A stretch of DNA of 63,661 bases, the filler included, from Reclinomonas americana ATCC 50394 (Eukaryota), in the NCBI GenBank assembly GCA_048213135.1. It is 5 parts of 2 records of this genome, joined end to end, with 100 filler letters (N's around TTAATTAATTAA, not from the genome) between each part and the next. Parts side by side here need not be neighbours in the genome. Positions count along the whole stretch, not along the records: positions 26,131 to 42,243 come from PS015071.1; positions 42,344 to 54,570 come from PS015071.1; 3 more parts are not named here. One strand, 5' to 3'. The position numbers and the translations under genes are program-made. Below, piece by piece: positions 42,175 through 52,023 of the stretch (within the stretch, counting starts at the first letter, position 1; every line of letters starts with the position of its first letter). Below the pieces are notes generated by a model. That model was not told where the DNA came from. It ran no database searches and saw only the letters and a program-made list of their open reading frames with translations.

Positions 42175-44783
42175 TTAGTCGACCTCCTCCACCGTCGGAC
42201 CACCGGCTCCACCGCGGCCACCAGCGCGCGCGCCACCAGCCGGNNNNNNNNNNNNNNNNNNNNNNNNNNNNNNNNNNNNNNNNNNNNTTAATTAATTAAN
42301 NNNNNNNNNNNNNNNNNNNNNNNNNNNNNNNNNNNNNNNNNNNTGCTGATCGACGTGGCGCCGCTGTCGCTCGGCATTGAGACGGCCGGCGGTGTGATGA
42401 CCAACCTCATCAACCGCAACTCGGCCATTCCGTGCAAGAAGTCGGAGACCTTCAGCACCTTTGCCGACAACCAGACCTCGGTGCTGATTCAGGTGTTCGA
42501 GGGCGAGCGTGCCAAGACCAAGGACAACCACCTGCTCGGCACGTTTGAGCTGTCGGGCATCCCGCCGGCGCCGCGCGGCACGCCGCAAATCGAGGTCACC
42601 TTCAACATGTCGGCCGACGGCATTCTGGAGGTGTCGGCCAAGGACAAGTCGACAGGCAAGGAGAACAAGATTGTCATCACCAACGACTCGGGCCGCCTGT
42701 CCAAGTCGGAGATCGACGAGATGGTGCGCAACGCCGAGCGCTTCGCCAAGGAGGACGAGGAGATCCGCAAGAAGATCAACGCCAAGAACAAGCTGGAGAG
42801 CCTCGCCTTCTCCATCCGCAACACGGTCGACAACGAGCCTAACATCTCGAGCAAGCTGTCGGAGGCCGACAAGACCACCATCACCGACGCCGTGTCGGAG
42901 GTGCTGCGCTGGCTGGAGGACTCGGAGCACCACTCGGTCGAGGAGATCGAGGCCAAGGAGAAGGAGCTGAACCAGAAGACGCAGTCGATTCTGGCTCGCG
43001 CCTACCAGGCAGCGGCCGGCGGCGGTGAGGGCGCTGCGGGCCCAACTGGCGGCTTCCCGGGTGGTGCAGCGNNNNNNNNNNNNNNNNNNNNNNNNNNNNN
43101 NNNNNNNNNNNNNNNNNNNNNNNNNNNNNNNNNNNNNNNNNNNNNNNNNNNNNNNNNNNNNNNNNNNNNNNNNNNNNNNNNNNNNNNNNNNNNNNNNNNN
43201 NNNNNNNNNNNNNNNNNNNNNNNNNNNNNNNNNNNNNNNNNNNNNNNNNNNNNNNNNNNNNNNNNNNNNNNNNNNNNNNNNNNNNNNNNNNNNNNNNNNN
43301 NNNNNNNNNNNNNNNNNNNNNNNNNNNNNNNNNNNNNNNNNNNNNNNNNNNNNNNNNNNNNNNNNNNNNNNNNNNNNNNNNNNNNNNNNNNNNNNNNNNN
43401 NNNNNNNNNNNNNNNNNNNNNNGACTCGAAGCTGAGCAAGGGCGAGGTGCACGAGGTGGTGCTGGTCGGCGGCTCGACCCGCATCCCCAAGGTGCAGGAG
43501 CTCCTGCGCAACTTCTTCAACGGCAAGGAGTTGTGCAAGAGCATCAACCCCGACGAGGCTGTGGCGTACGGTGCGGCCGTGCAGGCCGCCATTCTGACCG
43601 GCACTGGCTCGGACGCCACCAAGGGCCTGCNNNNNNNNNNNNNNNNNNNNACGCAGCACCTTCTCCACCGGCTCGATGCACTTGCGGAAGAGGTCGGCGT
43701 TGAGCTCCTCGAAGCGGGCGCGGGTGATGGACGAGTTGAGGTCGACGCCCTCGTACAGCGCCTCGACGTGCACCGGCGTCTGGTGCTGGGCTGACAGGGC
43801 GCGCTTGGCGCGCTCGCAGGCCGTGCGCAGACGGCGAATGGCACGCGGGTTGTTGGTGATGTCGAGCTTGTGCTTGCGCTTGAACTCCTCCACAAAGTGG
43901 TTCACCATGCGGTTGTCGAAGTCCTCGCCACCCAAGTGAGTGTCACCGGCCGTGGCCTTAACCTCGAACACGCCCTCGTCCAGCGTCAGCAGCGACACAT
44001 CGAACGTGCCGCCGCCCAAATCGAAGATGAGCACATTGTGCTCGCCCTGCATCGACGCCTGCTTGTCGAGGCCGTACGCAATGGCGGCGGCCGTCGGCTC
44101 GTTGATGATACGCAGCACCTCCAGTCCAGCAATCTGCCCGGCGTCCTTGGTGGCCGTGCGTTGTGAGTCGTTGAAGTAGGCCGGCACCGTGACCACGGCC
44201 TTGGTGACCTTCTTGCCGAGGTACGACTCGGCCGTCTCCTTCATCTTGGTCAGCACCATGGCCGAGATCTCCTCGGCCGCGAATTGCTTCTCCTCGCCCT
44301 TGTAAATCACTTGAATCATGGGCTTGTCGTTCGGGCCCTGCACGACGCTGAACGGCCACAGGGCCTTGTCGGCCTGCACCGTCGGGTCGCTGAACTTGCG
44401 GCCAATCAGGCGCTTGGCGTCGAAAACTGTGTGAGGGGGAAGAAAAGAGAGGGTCAGTATTCAAGTGGCCTCGAGAGAGAGAGGGACGGAGGGGCGGAGA
44501 GAGGGACGCAACTTGTGTTGAGCGGGTTCATTGCCGCGTGGTTCTTGGCGGCATCGCCAATCAGGCGCTCCGTGTCAGTGAAGCTGACGTATGAGGGTGT
44601 GGTGCGGTTGCCTTGGTCATTGGCAATAATGCTGACTTGGTTGTTCTCCTGCGCATGGAAGTGGTGGTGATGAGAAGGAGGAGAAAGAGGAGAGAGAGAT
44701 CAATGATGTGAACTTACCCACACGCCCACGCATGAGTACGTCGTACCCAGATCGATGCCGATTGCTCCGTTGTAGGTGGCCAT
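42175..44783 (-). CDS. HSP70: Canonical cytosolic Hsp70; two internal contigs (42344-43071, 43423-43630) are placed in reverse orientation
   Basis: [25 protein letters not shown]...[12 protein letters not shown]...EKVLR (minus); [25 protein letters not shown] and [17 protein letters not shown]...GGAA (plus); tail [22 protein letters not shown] (minus, 42175-42243). Confidence 0.95.
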
Positions 44784-45121
44784 TTGTTGTTGTTGATGCG
44801 ATGTTGTCTCTGGATCGGAGGGAAAGTTAGCGATGAGGGATAGAGGGAGGGGCAAGAGTGATGAAGACTCACTGTTGTTAGAAGAAAGTTGAGGCGATCT
44901 GCGCTCGCGGAAAGAGAAGAAAAAGTTCGATGACGAAAGCACCAGATCGACCGGACTTTTTGTCGGAACCCGGCAAGCTTTTTCGCTGCAATCGGACGGG
45001 GGTCGGCAGCACCAGCCGACCGACCCCCGCCCGCAAGTGGACCCTGTCGGATCCAGGGATAGTCGATCGTCCGAGGTGCCCCCCTCCCTTCCATGATCAC
45101 GGAGGAGGAGAAAGACTGTCA

Positions 45122-45196
45122 TGACGTCAGCGCACCAAAGATGCGCGACATCGTCCAAAAAAGCGCACTCGATGACGCAAGCAACTTGTGACGCAA
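45122..45196. promoter_or_regulatory. Candidate bZIP (CRE/ATF-like) sites upstream of Hsp70
   Basis: TGACGTCA at 45122, TGACGCAA at 45173 and 45189; function is inferred. Confidence 0.3.
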
Positions 45197-45384
45197 TCAC
45201 CAAATCGTCGAAAAGTCACCGGAGGTTCGGGTCAACACACCACGCCAACGGGACCCCCAACTGCCGCGGTGGGTCGTGGGGGGGTCGTCCCAGGGGGGGA
45301 GCTACAATGCAGTCACAATTTTAGATACAGGAAAACTGTATCCAGCGCGAAACTGCCAGAAACGGACACACCTCTCCCCCGCGA

Positions 45385-48300
45385 TCAACCCCTGCCGCCC
45401 GTGTCCAGCGATCGCAACGCCGTGATGCGGAGCGAGTGCTGTGCACGCGGAGGCATGCGCGCCACACGATACTTGGGTCGGGCTGCTCCTCCGCCACCCG
45501 CCGACGACTCCGAACCCGCTGGCAACGGCGGTGGCGGTGCCGGCACCATGTTGCGCACGGCGGCCGCTGCCTTGCTCTGGTAGTACTCGCCCGTCATGTC
45601 GAGAGATTGCAAATGGCCACCGCCACGCACACCCGACGTGCCCAGCGACGGTCGCATGGCCGCGAGGTACGCCTGCCGTTCAAAGTCGCCGGGACTCGGT
45701 GGTCGCGGCGACAAGGATGGCGGCGGCGGTGGAAGCGGATCGACGCGCGGCAATGCGTGTCGCGGCGTGCCACTTGTGGCGTACTGTGGCAGCGTCGGCG
45801 ATGGGGCGCTGAACGCCACACTGACCTCGTTGACGGCACACGCCAGTGATCCGCGCGGCGTCTTGAGTTGCGGCAACGTCAACGGCGGCACGGTGGCGGT
45901 GGCCGCGGCGGTGGCGGTAAAGGCAGAAGCCTTGGCGGCTCTTGTGGGCGTCATGAGCAAGGATGGTGGCGCGGTGGGCGGGTGAGGGGCGGCGGAGGCA
46001 TACGGAGGTGACGAAATGTCGGTGACTGCCAGCACCGGCGACAGGCGCTGACCGGCGGTCGACGACGAACCACTGGTGACCATGGGGCAGAAAAACGGGA
46101 AGCGGTCGACGTCGTGAATGTTGGTGTTGTCCACCTCGTCGGGAATGCCCTGGTGCGCGGAGAGAGAGATTTTAGTGACAGGAGAAGAGTGTCGTGTGGA
46201 CGTGATGGAAGCGCACCTCCATGAGGTCACGGTGCAGCCGGGCCGACAGCACCGCAATGTAGCGCAGCCAGTCTTGTGATGATTCGCCTGCGCGATGTGT
46301 CAGGAGAGGGAGGAGGGAGAGGGGGAGAGAGAGGGGGAGAGAGAGGGGGAAGGAGAAGGGGAAGGGGAAGCGGGAAGGAGAAGGGGGAAGGAGAAGGGGG
46401 AAGGAGAAGGGGGCAGGTGAAGCGGGAAGGAGAACGGAAGGGAACACGGATGAACAAGTAAACAGCCACAGTTGACGCAGAGAGAGAGAGAGAAGAGCGA
46501 AAAGAGAAAAGTGAGGTGAGAAAGAGAGAAAAAAAGATGGGCGAAAGCGAGAGAGAAAATGAGATGAGAAAGCCAATTTCGGAACACACCTTGTGTGGCG
46601 GCCAGCTTGGCAGCACGATCCAGGAAGAGCGCATGCATCTTTTGCGTAACCTTTTCGACAAGCTGCTGTGCGCGCTCCTGAATGCGACGAAACACGTCCG
46701 GATCGCTGTTTCTGTGCGTCAAGTTAGACATCGAGAAAAACAACTGTAGCAATCAAAGGCATTCGCGCAACTCCCACGACCGCAGCCGATCCGATGGCGC
46801 GCTATCGGCAAACGTGACAGCGGCTGATCGTCGTCGCGTGCCCGTGGCACGTGTGCTGTTGGGTGACTCGACCGCAGCCGGCAGCGGCGCTGGCTTCTCA
46901 CTGCCGAGCCACCGATTGAACTCGTCCTCGATATTGCGCTCCATCTGCTTCATCGCCGTCTCGTGCAGCAGCTGCTGCTGTGCGAGCTGTGCTTGCGCTG
47001 CAGCAGGTGGGGCGACGAGGCCCGAGGCCCGAGACTCAGCGGCCGCGGCGGCGGCGGCTGCTGCAGCAGCAGCGGCCTTGGCTTCCGAGGCAGCTGCCGT
47101 GGCCGAGGCGGCCTTGGCTTCGGCGGTACGATAGCGGTTCTGCACCTCGATCAGTTGCGCCTTGAGTAGAACGGTCTCGGCCAGCTCGGCGGTCTTGTCG
47201 CGCAGTCGGTTCTTTGCAGGTCACGCACACAGCAAGTCAGTCAAACAGTCAACAGGGAGAAGTGAGCTAAACAAAGAGAATCGCACCTGCAGATCCACCA
47301 TGTCGTCGGTCTGCTTGCGGAACCGTGCCTCGGCGTCGGCCAACAACTGCACCAGCTTGCGATGCTCGTCGTGCTCGGCATTGACGGCGTGCTCGAGTTG
47401 CTCGTTGCGCGCCTTCAACTTTTCCATTTCGGCCAGCATCGCCGCGGCTCCGCTGTCGACAAAGCTCTCCAATTCGGTATTGCGCTTCGTCAGCTGCTGC
47501 ATTCGTGCCTCCTGTGTGGCCAGCTGCTTCTCGTAGGTGGCACGCACCACGCGCTTCGCCTCGCGCACCTCGTCCTGCGTGTACAGACGCCCCTTGGCCG
47601 TGTCGGCCGGACCATCCTGCAGCAGCGACTCGGGCACCNNNNNNNNNNNNNNNNNNNNAACTGTCGCAGACGAATCGTCTCCTTCAACAGCTCCTCTCGC
47701 GAGGAGTTGTAAAAGGAGGTGCGGTGCTCCATCTGTCGAGAGAGGTCCGCCAATTGCGTCGCCATCTCCTGATTCTCCAGCCGCAATCGTCGCACCTCAA
47801 CGTCCAGGCACTGCTCGCGCCACAACCACGGTCGAGAGGTCTGCACCGATGGCTGCGGTACAGCAGCAGCAGCAGGAACAGAGGCAGCGGAGGGCGATAG
47901 TAGCTGGGGAGGAGGAGGAGCAGCAGCTGTGGGTGTCCTGGGTGACAGCATGTCCCCTGCAGCAGCAGCAGCGTCCTCCACCACTTCGTCCTCGACGGGA
48001 ACCGGTTGCACAATCATGTCCACCACCGTGTCGCGATGATGCACCACGAGCTGCGACGCACGCTGCAACACCGTCTCCAACTCCTCAAACAGCGACAACA
48101 CGGTCTCCGACACACTCTCGTCGCCAAACACCGGCCCCGTCACCTGCTGCCACTGCGACGACGGCAGATCGCTGCCCAGAGCCTCCCACAACTGCTGCTC
48201 CACAGTGCGATCGACCGGCGGCGGCACGGGCGTCTCCACCTCGTACGCCTGCAACACTCGCAATCGCTCGCACTCCAGCATGTCCACCGTGCTGCGCAGC

Positions 48301-49185
48301 TGCGGAACCACATCCTGCGCCAACCACGAGCGCACGGCTTTCACCAGTAGCCGCACCATGGAGACTGCGGGGGGTGGTGGTGGGGCGGGGGGTGGAGGGG
48401 GAGGTGGTGGTGGAGGAGGTTGTGGAAGGTGAGCAGTGGTGGTTCGTGAGGCGGTTGTCGGGCTGGAGGGAATGGCGATGGGTCGCGGCCTGGGGAGGGG
48501 AGAGAGGAGGGAGAGGAGGGAGAGTGAGGGCGGGGTGAAGGGAAGGAGCGAAGGGCAAGGGCAGTGATGAAATGAAGAGAAGGCAGTGAGCGATTCGAGG
48601 AATAGGCATGAGAGAAGAGACGAAGAGTGGAGGAGGAGGAGGAGGAGGAGGAGGAGGAGAGGGGATAGAGAGGAAAGGAGGAGGAGGAGGAGGAAGAAGA
48701 AGAAGAAGAAGAAGGGGGAGGAGAAGGGGGAGAAGGAGGAGGAGAAGGAGGAGGTGTGTGTGTGTGCACAGGAGAAGGGTCGGGCTGATGAGATTGGATG
48801 AAAGGCAGTTGGTGAGAGTATGCAGGATGGAGTGGGAAGACAGACAGACAGAGAGAGACACAGAGAGAGACAGAGAGAGACAGAGAGAGAGAGAAAGTGA
48901 ATGTGTGAATGACAGACGAAACGCATCAACGTGGCGTTGTCTATCATCCACTCACACTCTCCCCCTCTCTCACACACACTCTCTCTCACTCACTCACCAA
49001 CTCAGAGGATCCTTTGAGTGCGCAGAGACAGGGCGTGCCCGATTCGCCGCCGCCGCCGACGACGACGAAGGCGTCTTTTCACTTTCATCATTGTCGACAC
49101 TCCCCGACGTGTCAATCACAAAGTCGACCACGGCCACTGTCGCGCGTCGATGTCGATGTCGACGGTGCTCCAGAGCACGTGACAT
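45385..49185 (-). CDS. Hypothetical coiled-coil protein with Pro/Ala-rich C-terminus
   Basis: Long in-frame exons (VRLLVKAVRSW..., RRLRLENQEMATQLADL, YEKQLATQEARMQQL..., FRRIQERAQQL) joined by GT-AG introns; start tentative. Confidence 0.6.
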
Positions 49186-49493
49186 GAGCAGCACAGACGA
49201 CACGCACACTCTGCTCCGACAAACGCGTGTGATCACTGTATACACAGTGTGTTTTACAGAAACCGCAACAACAAGAACAATTCATTCACCAACAAGCGTC
49301 TTGATGACCAAGTTCAACCGTATCCAAAACATCAACACACACACCAGTCTTGAGGGAAGGAGCAGTTTTCTTGTGTTCGCGCTCTCGGAGCTTCGAACAT
49401 CATTGCTGGCCATGGCATGCCGATTGCCACGAAGGGTTGCCTATCTTTCCTCACTCTTTATTCACTTTCTCCGCCTCCCCCTTGGTTGCCACT

Positions 49494-50681
49494 CTACACC
49501 GCCTCATTCCCCGGCCCCTCCACCTCTGTGGCATCAAACGAGGACGACGAGCGACGACGAGATCGCTCGCGTGAGGTGTCGCGCAACTTGCGCAGGCGAT
49601 CGCGCATCGAGTCGAGCGTGGCCGTCGCCTCGGCCGTGTTGTCCGCCAGCTTGGTGGAGCTCTGGCTAATGGCGCCACGTACGCTATCCTCCAGAGCATC
49701 CCACTTCTTGCTGCGCGCGGCGTCATCATCGCCGGCGCCGTCGGTGCCATTGGTGGCCATGGCCGCAGCGGGTGGCGGCGCATCGGCAGTCAGATCGGTG
49801 GCATTGGCGGTCTTGATCTGCTGCTGCTTGCCGCTGCGCAGGCGTGCGGCCAGGCGCTTGGCCTCGGCCAGTGCCTCCTCGCGCTTGCCCGTCGCCGGTC
49901 CCTTGGGTGACTTCGGGGCAGCGGCAGCAACAGGTGCAGGCGACGACGATGCGGCGGCGACCGGCGAAGACAGTGTCGCCGCAGTCGCCGGCTTGGTGGG
50001 CACGGGGAGACGCGACTGTCGCGAAGCCGATCGTGGCGTGCCATTGTTCGCCGAGGGGGAGGCGCCCGTCGGCGACGGCGGCACCGCATCCAAACAAGTC
50101 GACACCACCGTCGACAGTCGCTTCAGTGCCTGCTCAAATCGCTGCGCAGGCGACGGTGCAGCAGCCTGCGGCGAGGTGAGGTCCACTGCTGCCGCTGTCG
50201 GCTCCTCCAACTCCAGCTGCAGCTTGCTCACATCGACGCCCTTGCGCGTCAACTCGCTCGTCACACGCGACTCGAGCGACGCCGCCACTTGCTCCAACGC
50301 ACACACAGCGCTCGAGTACTCGTCCCCGCCACTACCCGTGGCACCAGTCGTGCTCTGAGCGCTCGCTCTTGTGAGCAACAACAATGTGACACGAGAGAAG
50401 AGGAGAGTGGAGATCGATCTCACCTCATCGGCTTCCGCGAGCCTCGCCGCCCACCGCTGCTTGGTGTTTGCGTGCCGCTCTGCGTGTGACGTCAGCGTGC
50501 ACCTCAGCTTGCCCATCTCCTGTGACCACAGAAGAGTGCGTGAGCAAACAAACAAACAAGCAAGAGAGATCCAAATATCGCGAGCATGACACACCTCACT
50601 CAAGAACGACACACGGCTCTGCAGCGACTGCAACAGCGTCGTCGACGACAACGGACTACTCACAGCTTCCTCCTCACTCAT
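49494..50681 (-). CDS. Hypothetical protein, paralogue A of a head-to-head pair
   Basis: MSEEEAV...TLLQSLQSRVSFLSE|EMGKLRCTLTSHA...KREEALAEAKRLAARLR...NEAV*; two in-frame introns. Confidence 0.7.
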   Translation of the reverse strand: MSEEEAVSSPLSSTTLLQSLQSRVSFLSEVCHARDIWISLACLFVCSRTLLWSQEMGKLRCTLTSHAERHANTKQRWAARLAEADEVRSISTLLFSRVTLLLLTRASAQSTTGATGSGGDEYSSAVCALEQVAASLESRVTSELTRKGVDVSKLQLELEEPTAAAVDLTSPQAAAPSPAQRFEQALKRLSTVVSTCLDAVPPSPTGASPSANNGTPRSASRQSRLPVPTKPATAATLSSPVAAASSSPAPVAAAAPKSPKGPATGKREEALAEAKRLAARLRSGKQQQIKTANATDLTADAPPPAAAMATNGTDGAGDDDAARSKKWDALEDSVRGAISQSSTKLADNTAEATATLDSMRDRLRKLRDTSRERSRRRSSSSFDATEVEGPGNEAV

Positions 50682-50803
50682 CGCACTCAACAAAACAACA
50701 CAAGCAAGTGCGAAACTGAGCTCCACCCAAAAAATCGGTTTCTCCGGGCGGTTTTTTTCCACAAGACTCATCATTGATAGACACACAAACACACACGCAA
50801 GCC

Positions 50804-51909
50804 ATGAGCAACACTTGTGATGATGGTACTCTGTTGGGCTCACTGCAGGAGCGAGTGGGCACGCTGGGCGAGGTCAGTGAATCCTCACACACACATACAC
50901 ACACTTGGGCTCACACACACTCTCTCTTCCCTCTCACACACAGTCAATGGATCGTCTTCGCGCCACTCTGTCAACACACGCGGCCTCACACGCGGCCTCA
51001 CGCGAGAGATGGGCGCATCGACTGGAGGCACTGGGATCGCCCTTGTCATCGCCCTCGCCCTCCGTGACCGCGATCGCGCCCAGCATCGCGCGCGGATGGG
51101 AGTCTCAGATGCGACAGGCGCTGGAGAGCAAGGGCTACGGCGCCGAGTTGCCGCCTCCACTGGAGGAGGACGATGACAATGAGGAGGTCGTCGCGCGCGT
51201 CGATGCCCTGCTCAGCATGTGTGTGCAGCTGTTGCCGCCTGCGCATGCTGCTGCTCAGTCGCAGTCATCGCCACCGCAGCCGGCGCCGGTAGCTGCGCGT
51301 CGCATCGCACCGGCTGCTAGTGCGACTACGCCGGCAGTGGCGCCACCTCCGGCAGCCAAGACGGCGCGACCGGCATCTGCAAAGACGACGACGACGACGA
51401 CAGCGCCCAAGCCGTCGTCGTCGTCATCGCTGAAGCCGACGCTCAAGTCGCCGCCGGCCAGCAAGCTGCCATCGGCTCCGGCGGCCAGCAAGCTGCCATC
51501 GGCTCCGGCGGCCAAGTCGCCCACTACGACGACGACAACGACGACGACACCAAAGGCAGCGGCGGCGCCCAAGTCGCCGAGCTCGACTGCCAAGCCGGCG
51601 GTGCCCAAGTCGCCATCGTCGTCCACTGCGGCACCAGCGCCGGCCAAGACGCTGGCTGGTGGCGCGCGCAACAAGAGCGCTGCGGGCAGCAAGCTGTCGG
51701 CACCCTCAGCGGCGACGACGGTGGTGACGGAGCCGCAGTCGCCGGCGGAGAGCGAGCAGTTGCCGACGACGCCGAAAAATCCGGCCACGCCCAACGGGAA
51801 GCGGCAGGAGGCCATTGCTGAGGCACGCAAGCTGGCGGAGCGGTTGCGCAGGGCGTCGGTTGATGCTACGTCGGCCGGCAGTGGCGAGCAGGCGTCGGAG
51901 GCGGTGTGA
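50804..51909 (+). CDS. Hypothetical protein, paralogue B of a head-to-head pair
   Basis: MSNTCDDGTLLGSLQERVGTLGE|SMDRLRATLSTHA...KRQEAIAEARKLAERLR...SEAV*; one intron at the same position as in paralogue A. Confidence 0.7.
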
Positions 51910-52023
51910 ATCGGAATGAGCGCCGACTGAAAAATGCCTACCACCACACGCACTAATCTCTTTTTCTCTGTGTTGATTTTGATGATGTTATTTTGTTGCT
52001 GTTGTTATTATACTGAGCGAGTA

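Noticed and set aside
42292-44379. 695-aa ORF as a chimeric Hsp70 fusion
   Set aside because: Artefact of reading through N gaps into mis-oriented contigs.
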